Shown piece after piece: positions 24,561 to 35,822 of a stretch of DNA of 64,000 nucleotides; the first letter of the stretch is position 1; each line of letters starts with the position of its first letter. The translations under genes were made by a program, and so were the position numbers. The notes under the pieces were generated by a model. The model was not told where the DNA came from and ran no database searches. It saw only the letters and a list, made by a program, of their open reading frames with translations. The stretch is from Minutocellus sp. GHC0000111 (lineage: Eukaryota), in contig OZ361258.1 in the NCBI GenBank assembly GCA_977018835.1, positions 62,001 through 126,000 of the forward strand, written 5' to 3'.

Positions 24561-26110
24561 ATGAAGATTTCCCTCTCCCTCGCCACCATCTCGGCCGTCG
24601 CCGCCTTTGCGCCGACGTCGACCTTCTCGGGTCTTCGTGTCGCCTCTCCTGCTCAGAGCATTGCCTCCAGTCTCAACATGGCTCTCGAAGCTGGTCAGAC
24701 CCAATCGTCATCGGTGTTGCCGCCGACTCTGGCTGCGGCAAGTCCACCTTCATGCGCCGTTTGACTTCCATCTTTGGCGGCGAAACTGGTAAGTACTACC
24801 GGCAAAGTAAGAACGTTTATTTCGGATTTCGAGATGAAAGGCATCATAGTGAGGGGAGTACATAACATGCTCGGATTTCATTGTTCTTTTCCGAAGAACA
24901 CCATTCCCTTTTGGGGCTTTTATTTATGACAGATGGATTCCAATGAATTCACGAAGGCAATGGCGAACTGGAACACGTCAACGCGCAGATAGAAGATCAC
25001 ACCACTCGGACAGTCGTTGGTACATATCTTTGGCTAGAGTATCACTGGGAAGCTCCTGTTTCGAGTTGATAATAATTGCTCTCATGCAATGCGTTATTTA
25101 TATCTTTCTCGTTTCATTTTGATCAATGATGGGTATTATTTGCAGTTGGTCCTCTCGGCGGCGGCTTCGACAACGGTGGATGGGAGACCAACACCCTCGT
25201 TTCCGACCTAACCACCGTCATGTGCCTCGATGACTACCATCTCAACGACCGCAATGGCCGCAAGGAGTCCGGCCTCACCGCCCTCGATGAGCGTGAGAAC
25301 AACTTCGACCTCATGTACGAGCAGGTCAAGGCCCTGAAGGACGGCGAGACCATCTCCAAGCCCATCTACAACCACGTCAACGGTACCCTTGACACTCCCG
25401 AGACCATTGAGCCCACCCCCATCATCATCATTGAGGGTCTTCACCCCATGCTTGACGAGCGTGTCCGTGGTCTTCTTGACTTCTCTCTGTACCTTGACAT
25501 CAGTGACGAGGTCAAGCTGAACTGGAAGATCCAGCGTGATATGGAGGAACGTGGTCATTCTCTGGAATCAATTATGGCATCGATCGAGGCCCGTAAGCCC
25601 GATTTTGATGCCTACGTCGCCCCCCAGAAGAAGTACGCCGATCTTACCATCGAGGTTTTGCCTACTGCCCTTGATCCTGAGGACAAGAAGACCCTTCGTG
25701 TTCGCTCTATTCAAAAGGTCGGCGTCCCTGATTTTGACCCGACCTATCTTTTTGATGACGGATCGACTGTTGAGTGGACTCCCTGTGGAAAGAAACTGAG
25801 CTGCTCTTACCCTGGTATCAAGTTTGCATCTGGTCCTGACAGCTTCTATGGAAACGAGGTTTCTGTTTTGGAAATGGACGGTACCTTTGACAATATTCAG
25901 GAAATGGTTTATGTTGAGTCGCACCTCTCGAATACTGCAACCAAGTTCTACGGCGAGCTTACCCAGGCCATGCTTGCCGCTGCTGATGCACCTGGTTCTG
26001 ACAACGGCACTGGCCTTATGCAGACCCTTGCGGCGTTCGCCATCCGAAATCTTTACGAAAAGAGGAGTAAGGCTGCCAAGAACGCTGCCGCTGCCGCCGT
26101 CGAGGCCTAA
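24561..26110 (+). CDS. PRK: Phosphoribulokinase copy 2 (C-terminal Cys-pair type); intron 24789-25145; apparent 1-bp deletion at 24700-24702
   Basis: MKISLSLATISAVAAFAP presequence; with one extra C reads QTPIVIGVAADSGCGKSTF; exon 2 contains WTPCGKKLSCSYPGIKFASGPDSFYGNEVSVLEMDG. Confidence 0.9.
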
Positions 26111-26371
26111 GTGGACACGTTTTGTTTACTAGTACATATATACACGTACACATAATTCATGACCCGTACTTTGGTGGCAATCCGTGAGGAAAATATTGCA
26201 AATGCAATTCGAGAATTATTAGTTTACAGTTGACAGTATTACAGTGTTATGGATTGCGCATCCATTTTCTCTAGAGTAGTCTCGAATAAACATTTCGCGG
26301 AATCATATGTAGGTAAAAGTAGGGTTACAAGAAGTAGCACACATACGACAGGGCCGGCAACACACTCGAAC

Positions 26372-28224
26372 TTATTGTTGTTGAGATGAAGCTGGAGCTC
26401 CTGCGGTCTTGACATCTTCAGGCCAGTCCATGGTGACTCGAAGCTCGTCCATGGCGGCAAAATGTCTATTGGGGTTCTCGAGGTAGTCTCCAACCTCATA
26501 CCACCATGCGCGCTTGTTGTTGACAGTCGCTGCAGATTGGGACCGTCCTGATCTTATTCTGTTGGTCTTGGCAAAGGTGGGCGATGAGTTGCCATCAGAA
26601 GTGGGCTCTTCGAGGAATGTGGCGTACGCAGGTTCGGCAGCGACGGACTCGACGCCGAGCAACTGCGATACCTTGGTACTGGCGAGGAACCCTCGGAAGG
26701 GATTCGATGGCAAGCCGAGGTCCTTCGCGGAGCTCTCATCCGATGGCTGGTTGTGCATCTTGGTGCCATCATCGTTGAAGCAGCCATTGCGGATCTTGCA
26801 GAATTGGTCAGGGTTCATGCCGGCATCGGAGGCGATTTGGTATACCTTCTTCATTGCCGACGGATCGAGATCACGAGTGCGGCTGTAGACGAAGGCGCCT
26901 TCGTAGGTATTTTGCCTTGTCTTGCCATTGTAGTACACAAACTTGAACTCTGGTTGGTCTGGATCATTCTCTCCAATGATGTACCAGTTCTCCCAGAATT
27001 CTGTGTTAGAGAAGATAAGACAGGGGAAGGAAAAGATAAATATCGGTGAGCGAACTATTAGAAAAGAAGATCAAATTCACAAGCCACGCCAACGCCACAT
27101 CATGTATAACATGAATATCGAACGAAAGGCAAATCAGAACGGAAACACTTACTCAGTCCAAACATTTCTCCTTCGGAATGGGCCGTCCGAGCGTAGCTGA
27201 CCTCCTCGTTGGTGCTCTTCTTCTTCATGACGAGATCAGTACCCTGCTTCCTGCCCTCGGTGGCCGAGTCAAAGACCATCGTTTCGTGCGTCGAGTAATC
27301 ATTCAGCCCGATGCTCTTGCTTCCCACCAACGTTAGGCCATCGTCGCTCAGTGCGACGCTCTCCCTCTTGTTTTCCGGTGGCGGCGGACTGCCATCGGGC
27401 ATCAAGCGGGGCATGCTAAATTCTACGTCGACCTGAAGCTCCGTCCCTCCATTCTGCGGTGCGGAAAAGGTGTTGCGCTGGCAGGCGTAGCAGTCGTAGT
27501 TCGGGTTGAATCCCACGACCTTGTACCAGCTTCCCTCCATGGTGGCCAGGTTGAAGTTCTGGACGGTCGGTGCCGGTGGCTTGGGCGCGTCCTTGAAATC
27601 GTCAGCCCCACCGTCCAATATGGCCACCTTGATGCATTCGTGATCCTCAATGGTGCACTTGAGGAGGTTGTCGAGGTTGGAATTGCCATACCGAGCCATA
27701 CATCCGGTGATGCAAGCGTTGTCACCGAGGCACTTGGTCGTGCAGGTCAGGCCCTTGCGGCAGCTGGGGTCGTCCGCCAGACACGCCTTGGCCTGGAGGC
27801 TGCACTTGTCGACGAGGCAGGTCTGGTCGACGAGGGACGTGTCGAATCCCTTGCCGCCGTACTTGGCCGAAAGTTCGTTCTCAGCGACTGCGGGCGACGA
27901 GATGCCCAGGATGAGGGAGGCCGAGAGGGCCGCCGTCGCCAGGCCTGTGCTTAGGACACGGCCGGCCTCTTCGAGCATCGTCGGCGAGGAAGAGGACGAC
28001 GAAGCGACGAATTCGTCATTTTTCGTCATCATGCGCAGGCTGCGCACGCGTGATGATCGTCCGGCGGAAGCGGAAGTCTCCGGTCGGAAGGCATGGCACT
28101 GCGTGCACGTTGACGCCGCCATGACAACTGCCATGACAGCAACCCGGCGGGTGCGCCTTTTCCTTCCACCGGTGGTCGAGCTGCTGCCGATGCCGATTGT
28201 CGAAGATGGATTGGAAGGCGCCAT
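26372..28224 (-). CDS. VDL: Violaxanthin de-epoxidase-like protein; intron 27001-27152
   Basis: Cys-rich domain CLVDKCSLQAKACLADDPSCRKGLTC..CLGDNACITGC; lipocalin motifs GSWYKVVGFNPNYDCYACQ and FWENWYIIG...YEGAFVYSR; bipartite plus thylakoid-type leader. VDL1 versus VDL2 not resolved. Confidence 0.88.
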
Positions 28225-28819
28225 GCTTTCGTCAACTAGCCCAGATGTTGAGATGTGGCTTAAGTGCAAAGATATAAAGCGAGAGGATCAATAGCTGCAA
28301 TAGGCACCTATTCCCTTGCTTTCCAAAAGATATGGAGGCCAACGCAAGCGCCAAGTCAGATAAATCACTTGGGTTGAGCAGACGGCCGGAAAAGGTCGAG
28401 CTGGCGCAAAGTTGAACCTGGCCAAGGGTTGGATCGCCCCATTCGAGTGAGTCGACTTGAACATGAAAGATTCGAAAGTCATTTTGGGAACACTAAGGCT
28501 TTTTGGAAAGTCAATATACAATGGCCCCAATCCTAAAGAGCCTTAATTACTTCCCCTAGTTACCTATAGGAGATTTTTTATGAAAGGAACCCGGACCTGC
28601 GTCAGCGTGCCCTCAATTCAGCTTCCGCCCTCGCCTCTGCCGCAGTCATCGTCATCTTGCTTTTGTATCGGCAGCTTGGCACTTCGCGTAACTGCTCTCA
28701 ATTTTGTTTCTCCCTCCTTGCTGCTTCTAGCTAGACCTACCAGACACCGCTACTTCAAGTGCCCCCATCATCCCTTACCAACCTACTTCTAGTTCATTTT
28801 GGGCATAAATAGTACAAAC

Positions 28820-29800
28820 ATGTCGGTCCGGAGATCCCGCACCGCCGCTTCCGCTTCCGGCACCTCATCGGCATCACATGGGGCGGTACCGGCCATGATG
28901 ATGGCGATGGTCCTGCTTGCTCAATTGACCAGTGCATTTCAGCATGTCGGCGGTAGTCATAGAATAGCGGGTGTGAGGGCACTTTCGCAGCACATGCTGC
29001 CACCAATGGCGACGGTACCTGACGGGGGCGCTTTCAGCGGCGGAAGCCATCACCACCACAAGTACAGCACCATCAGCAGACAACGACAACTCACAACGCA
29101 GTTATCAGAGCGAAAGGACCGCAAGTCCATTATGGAGGACCCGAATCCCGGAGGACGCAACAACTTTGGCGGGAGCGACGACGGGGACAATTCAGACGGC
29201 GCGGGGGGTCTCAACATCATCGAACAGTTCCAGAGCTGGCTGGGATCCGAGGAGGGCAAGCGCGACATCCAGACCTACACCATATCGCTGGCCATCGCCC
29301 TCCTCCTTCGTACTCTCATCATTGAGCCACGGTTCATCCCTAGTTTGAGCATGTACCCCACGTTCGATATCGGTGATCAGCTGGCCGTGGAAAAGGTGTC
29401 CAAGCGCATCCGACCGATGGAGCGGAAGGAGGTTGTGGTATTCAACCCGCCCGCCACCTTTCGGGAGATCATGGATGTCAATTACGGCGTGAACAGCAAG
29501 AAGAGCAAGGAGGCCCTCATCAAGCGTATTGTGGCCGTGGAGGGCGATACCGTCCAGGTTACTGGTGGTAAGCTGTACATCAATGGCGAGAAGCAGGACG
29601 AGCCCTTCACCGCTGAGGATGCGGCATATGAGTTTGGACCAGTCCAGGTTCCGACGGGTGATGTGCTGGTCCTTGGCGACAATCGCAACCACAGCCTCGA
29701 CGGCCACATTTGGGGCTTTCTCCCAACGGAGAACGTCATTGGCAGGGCAGTATTTGTTTACTGGCCGCCATGGAGGATTGGTACCGAGAACTTGTTCTAG
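28820..29800 (+). CDS. Signal peptidase I, thylakoidal processing peptidase-like
   Basis: EPRFIPSLSMYPT (Ser), LIKRIVA (Lys), GDNRNHSLDGH and GRAVFVYWPP boxes; TSAF presequence motif. Confidence 0.92.
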   Translation: MSVRRSRTAASASGTSSASHGAVPAMMMAMVLLAQLTSAFQHVGGSHRIAGVRALSQHMLPPMATVPDGGAFSGGSHHHHKYSTISRQRQLTTQLSERKDRKSIMEDPNPGGRNNFGGSDDGDNSDGAGGLNIIEQFQSWLGSEEGKRDIQTYTISLAIALLLRTLIIEPRFIPSLSMYPTFDIGDQLAVEKVSKRIRPMERKEVVVFNPPATFREIMDVNYGVNSKKSKEALIKRIVAVEGDTVQVTGGKLYINGEKQDEPFTAEDAAYEFGPVQVPTGDVLVLGDNRNHSLDGHIWGFLPTENVIGRAVFVYWPPWRIGTENLF

Positions 29801-30691
29801 CTACGTAGATCAGAGATATCTCTACGTGCTTTTGTAATCACAGGTGTAAAAAATATAACGCAATGCTACACCCATAAAGCAATAAGAAAGTATCAAAAGA
29901 CAGCACAATGCTCACAAGTTTCCTTTTATTGATTCGATTCAGGGTGGCTGTGATAGAAACTGGAAATGGCTTAATGAGGCAATATGGGCAGGCAGCAGTG
30001 AGCAGGCTAGGTAGAGATGGGGGCGGGCTGCATGTGAATTGTCTTCTTATGAAAAGAAGGAATAGGAATCCCTAAGACCTCAGCTCCAGAATCAACATAT
30101 CTTTACTACCGGCGCTGGTAGGCCTACATGTAGCATGCTACATTTACTAGCTACGTAGCTACTACTCTAGTGGTAGATGGGCGAGACGGACTATGTGCAT
30201 GAGCAATAAGCATCCAATGTTGTACACATCTTTAGAAGTGGGCGGCAATGCATGCGCATGCGTGTTACTTGTGTTCGCCTGTAGACAATTGTGACAATCT
30301 ATCTACGTACATGACATGCATGCACCACCTCCCACTTGTGTGTTGATGATTGCCGGTTCAGTGAAGTTGGTTCCCGGGATCTTCAGAAAGGCGTGACTGA
30401 TCAGAGAGCATTCAAATCAGCCCCAAATAGTTCACTTTCTGCCAAAGCCTACAAAGGCCTTGCGGTCGCGGTCGCCGCTTCTTGTTTTCCTCGTGAATGC
30501 GTTCGGCGGCATCAAAAATCATTTGGAAAACGGCCGCCGCTGGGCTTGGCAACTCGGAAGGTGGTACATGTATTCCACATGGAGCGAGAGGACAGATGCA
30601 CACATCTAGGAGGGAGCTTGTTCTATCTTGATTGCATGTATTGTGATAAAATCTTTCATCATTTCAATTCAAATAAATTCTTCGTACGATT

Positions 30692-31552
30692 ATGATCAAG
30701 AATTCTTCGGCGACCTCAAGCAAGCGGCTTTTTGCCCTTCGAAGGCAGCAACAAGGTGATCTTCGAGTAGCGCCAGCTCCCATAATCGAAGATGCCGTTG
30801 CACCGACCAACGTGTCGGCCTTGAGCAAACCTTCAGCCACCAGGGATTTGGCAACAAGATCTTCTCGCTGGAAAAGTCGACGCTCCAACATCCCACTTCT
30901 TGTCAAGGTTCCCTCATCGTCCAAGGCTCGTGACGCGAACAAAGATGCGGAATCGTCCAGTACCGACCCCAGCGAAGGGAAAAAGAACGCATGGGATTAT
31001 ATTAGTACGCTCGGAATGCAAGAAGGTACTGCCGCACACACACACCCCAAGTCCCTACACGGTGCTTCGAAATCGCTTGCTCGACTCCAAGATATGGATG
31101 ATTCCTCTCCCACAACCGTCAAGGAAGGCAAGCGCACTCATCACACAGTCCAAAATTCGATAAAGAGCACAAGATCTTTGCACGTCCACCATCGCGTCCA
31201 CACTCCTCCCATGGAATCCATATCAACGTCGAAGTCTCACGAGCATCACCAATCCAGTACCGGTGTCACCGGTAGTGATGGTCATCCCAACAACACCAAA
31301 GGCAGCTGCCGCAATTCCCCGGCCGATGAAGAAAGAGGAACGGTCGAAGAGCTCATGAAACAGGTTCAGGACCTAAAGGCACAGCTTAAGGAGAAGACCG
31401 AGACAATGGTAAAGATGGAGGTCTCGCTTGACATAGCAAACGATACTATCGAGGCGCTTTCCAAGAAAATCAAGCACGAACGCCACGAGCGGTCAAACCA
31501 TAGACATTCTGCCTTCGATCTATACCAAGAACGCCTCAAGCATCAAGGGTAA
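30692..31552 (+). CDS. Hypothetical protein with C-terminal coiled coil
   Basis: 286-aa ATG-initiated ORF; heptad-like VEELMKQVQDLKAQLKEKTETMVKMEVSLDIANDTIEALSKKIK. Confidence 0.6.
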   Translation: MIKNSSATSSKRLFALRRQQQGDLRVAPAPIIEDAVAPTNVSALSKPSATRDLATRSSRWKSRRSNIPLLVKVPSSSKARDANKDAESSSTDPSEGKKNAWDYISTLGMQEGTAAHTHPKSLHGASKSLARLQDMDDSSPTTVKEGKRTHHTVQNSIKSTRSLHVHHRVHTPPMESISTSKSHEHHQSSTGVTGSDGHPNNTKGSCRNSPADEERGTVEELMKQVQDLKAQLKEKTETMVKMEVSLDIANDTIEALSKKIKHERHERSNHRHSAFDLYQERLKHQG

Positions 31553-32297
31553 ACAAAGAGGTGGCCAACTCGCTCTTCTTTGCAAGAAAGAAGATGTACA
31601 CATATCATATATACATACTTTACATTTTTGTAGAAACACTTTTGGGTTAAAAATATAGGTTTGATACCACAAAAATAGGAATGTATTGGTTTGATAACAT
31701 GAGCTCGTAAGCCAGCCCAGTGACATGATTGATCTCATCTCTTACAAAAGAGACAACAGTACATTTCTCTCAACACCATAGAGATTGATGCACGCGCATG
31801 TATCAATGCTAGGACTAGGCCATGATTGAAATAATAGTCATTGCGTGTCTGTTACAATTACAAGATATGTATATCATTTTAAGATTAAAATTACAAATCA
31901 GCAAAGAATGCCGCTACATGTAGAGTAGGAGTTAGGTGATCGTTGCTACAAAAACCAAGCACGGTCAAATCTCACTACCAACAACGAACAGACCATTTAT
32001 GCTGGGAGCTAAGCTCAACCATGCATGCCCACTATCCCAGCTGACTAACCGATAAAATAGAGTGCCGCCGAGCAAGCAGAGTATCAACTCGACCGATGCC
32101 AAACAATTGATAACGCCTGTAGACACCACTTGGGGATCTTCGCCCGACAGGGGAGGTCTCAAATGACACATGCAAATATACGACGTAGTAGTCCTTTTAC
32201 TTTTTCTAACTGTCCAACTTTTCATTCTATATCGAATCGAATCATTTCAGTGTGAATTGGGTTGAAAAGATTTTCAAGACTGCCTGTTCTTCTGTAA

Positions 32298-33191
32298 CTA
32301 CAAAAGCCGCATCGTCTTGTGCTCGGTTGAAACTCTTTGAAGCGTTTCCATCTTGGCGGCGGACAATCCTCGAGAAAAGGCTACATCAGTAACATTTCCT
32401 GACTCTCCCTCGTCTAGACCAGAGTTGTCCTCGGGCATGCTCCAGAGACTACTAGCTGACGATCGGCGTCGCACTTGCCTCGAAGGATGGTCGGCGTTGA
32501 CGGTGGGAGGACTACTCGTGCCATCATAGGTGTCGATACTACCTCGACGCATGAGCTGTCGAAGCGACGCCGTTGAAGATGATCGGCGGACTGCTGATAT
32601 ATGATTATTAGAAGATTGATAGTTTTCTTCTTCCTCATTCCACCTCGATGCCGAGCCGCGGGGCAATGTGCTTGTCAAATTCCGAGACGGTCGTCTTTGG
32701 CCCACCACGTTGTTGGCAACACCTTCTTTACCTAAGGCACTGCTGTCCACGGCGACAACCTCGTTGATGAAGCCTGGCACATCACCCTCCTCGCCCAAGC
32801 TCCAAAGGCTGCCGTTGGAAGATCTTCGTCGTCGACTCATCGGCCGATCGTTGCAATCTACATACAAAGGAGCACTACGGGTCGTGTCTGTGCTACCTCG
32901 ACGCATGAGCAGTCTCAGAGATACCGACGACGAGGAATGACGACGAGTCAATTTCGTCATCGTTGGCGACTGCGATGGGTAATCAGGATGGTCATTCATA
33001 CTGGTAGCGGGAAGGGATGAGGAAGAGCCACGCCTCCTGCTGTTGCCTTCCCTCCCACTGGCCATACCGATGCCAAGTGCTTTGGGATGAGTTGAGAGTC
33101 TTTGCAGCGTGGTCATTTTCGCGGCCGACAAGCCCTTGGTAAGAGCAACATCGACCACGTCGACCACCGTCTCAAGTTCACTGTAGTCCAT
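32298..33191 (-). CDS. Hypothetical Ser/Arg-rich protein with internal repeats
   Basis: 297-aa ORF; GLSAAKM.TLQR.ST at both ends; two SLR.LMRRGS.DT...RRRSS..SLWS units. Confidence 0.65.
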   Translation of the reverse strand: MDYSELETVVDVVDVALTKGLSAAKMTTLQRLSTHPKALGIGMASGREGNSRRRGSSSSLPATSMNDHPDYPSQSPTMTKLTRRHSSSSVSLRLLMRRGSTDTTRSAPLYVDCNDRPMSRRRRSSNGSLWSLGEEGDVPGFINEVVAVDSSALGKEGVANNVVGQRRPSRNLTSTLPRGSASRWNEEEENYQSSNNHISAVRRSSSTASLRQLMRRGSIDTYDGTSSPPTVNADHPSRQVRRRSSASSLWSMPEDNSGLDEGESGNVTDVAFSRGLSAAKMETLQRVSTEHKTMRLL

Positions 33192-33896
33192 TTTGAGTTA
33201 CAATTGCAAGTGAGTTGGATTCATGTGAGTTGGATTCATACCACCATGAAATGGATGAGAGACATCGACACCTGCAGCTTACGATGGCGGGGCCATTCAG
33301 AAAGGAGCAAGCAAGCACAACTGCACGGGCGGACGTCGTACGGACGATCGCGCACGGAGAGTGGACGGACAAGCGCACTTTCGTCATGACCGCAATCAGA
33401 AAATAAGAAAGCATGAGAAATTCGGCGGAACGGTTTGAATTAAGAGGGCGCTGTCCATAACTTTTAGGAAGCCCCCAAAATGCCGTTTTTTCTTCGCACC
33501 ATCGCCAAAGTTAGCACTCCAACGTGACAATGGGCTCCTCATCGAAGGCCGCCGCTCTCCACAGTGGCGAAGAGTCATCGACGTTCCTTTCAGCATTAAG
33601 TCGGAAATCCCTCCAGGAACACTTGGTTCAGAGGAACTTCGATGAATCAACTCTCCCTCAGAAACACAACAGTCGACGTGCACATCATCGTCGGATCGAC
33701 CGAAGTTAGTCTCGGCCGACGCATGACCAGCATTGGTGGTGCTGGTGGGAAGATATCTTGAAGTTTTGCTGTTGGGAGGTAAGGGGATATTTGTTTGGGG
33801 TATTTTTGCACGTCTCCCTCATTTGGGTTCTTTTTGTAAGGTTCTCATCGAAAAGCGCATCTTGCGCCAGAACCGACACAAAACAAAAAAACAACC

Positions 33897-35718
33897 ATGG
33901 AAACATCACGTGCTAACGCCAAGGAGGCGATCCTCTCACTCTTGCTCTCATTCCCAGACGACGTCAGATGTACTTACTACACTATTGATGAGCTTGTCCG
34001 CATCTTGATGCGCGGTGGCGTGTCGCCGAGCTTAGAGATCTCTCTTGTTCGATCATCTCTTCAACACGTCCCAACACGACACGAGGTCAACATCCAACGA
34101 CGACGTCCAGAGAAAATGTCAGGCCTTGACGTTGCAAAGCCCTTCTACCGCTTCTCCAGAATAGCCGACAACGCCAGCCCACGCTCTCAACGCAATGGCA
34201 AGCGATCACTGCCGACCATGCCTGAAAATTACTTCCAGGACGATGAAAAGCATGGGCCCCATCTCAACGCGACACTGAAACATTGTTCCGACAAGAATTC
34301 TTCGGGCGGTCGGTCATCTACTCCCACCGCCAACGCTACCGATCGTCCCAACATCACCGGCGTGCAGCTCAACGGCAAAAGAATTGTGGTTGAGATGAAG
34401 CAGCTGTGTGATTTCGTACAGAATCTCCACCGATCGTGCGGCAATCTGTGTCTCTCGGCCGAGCCAGTTCGGCGTGGATTCGGCGTCACATTTGAATGGC
34501 GATGCGATAGATGCAACCAACCTTTTTCTTTTTGCACTTGGATCGGCCAGAGGTCAGAAGTTGTGTGCCCCGGCAGAAAGCATTCTAGAAGTCAGGCTGG
34601 AATGAACTTGGAGCTGATGGAGGCAGCGGAAGATGAGGCCATGCACGCAAGTCGCTTCATGAATTTCTGCACGAAGGCCGACATCGTCCATCCGACCGAA
34701 AAGAATGCCCGACAGGTGGAAAAGAAATGCAGAGCAGCGGCCATTGAAGCAGCTGATGAAATCATTGACGAGAACAGGGCAAAAGCACATGCCGCTAGCA
34801 GCAAGACTGTTGAGTTTGAACAAGGCGGCGAGATGCACACGGCGGCGGTGGTTGCGGTGGCCCAAGACGGCAGCGCCCTCAAACGCGACTACGGCCATTG
34901 CTACACTGGCTCTGCTGCAGCGGTGTTTGCCGTAGACAAGGAAACTGGCCTTGTTGTTGACAAGGGAATCTCTCAGGCAAGCTGCCACTGTTGCGTGAGA
35001 GCCTGCAATGCAAGATTGAGGGAGAGGCGGGAAGCCGGCAATCCAACAACGCCGAGTGAGCTCAAAAACATGAGCAAGGATGAGATGCTGGCCCTGTGCG
35101 ACCATGATGGCTTCTGCTATCGCAACTCTTCCTGCTCCCCCGGTGTGGCAGAGGAGCATCTGGCCGAGAATGTTGGGAGTTGAAAATTTTAATGCCATCC
35201 CCCGACCACGCATCAATCGGATGAAACAGGACATGTCGAAGATTGCTGATCGGTACAAGCACAGCGTTCTCGATCAGCCCGATGGTGCTGTGTCCGAGGA
35301 GGAAAAACAAAGTCATCTGGCCCTCCTTCAGAAAGAACTCCAGTCCGTCGTTCGTCACCAATGTGGCATTCACACTTTTTGCACCACCAACACGTGTGAT
35401 TGGATTCGCCTCAGCATTGCTCATCCTGATTGGAGTGATGGCAAGCTCGATGGTAAGGCGAAACCAGCAAAGCCTGGCCGCGAGAAGAAGATTGACCAGC
35501 AGTGTCAGAAATGCAAGCAGCTTGGCCACACTCGGGCTGAATGTCAATGCGACGATGCTGACGACGTTGTCGTTTACGCCGGAAAGAAGCGCAGAAGCCC
35601 AGGCAGCAACAAGAAATCTGCAAGAAATAATAAGAAAGCTAAGACAAACTTCGGTGTATCGGCAAATGATGTTAGCTCTTGGATGCCGGCGATACTGAGA
35701 GAAAATGGCAGCTTGTAA
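33897..35718 (+). pseudogene. Internally deleted Kolobok-type transposase
   Basis: CDRC motif; VAQDGSALKRDYGH...ETGLVVD...CHCC (first catalytic Asp block); CYRNSSCSPGVAEE; frame break ~35177; then HQCGIHTFCTTNTC and zinc knuckle CQKCKQLGHTRAEC. Second-Asp and Glu blocks not seen. Confidence 0.75.
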
Positions 35719-35822
35719 ACACGTGTAAAATATTTTATCACTGTAAATAAAAATGGATTTATTGTGTGCTGTTACTCACGTGCTACGCACATTCTTGTTA
35801 TCTACATGTGTTGAGGTAATGA

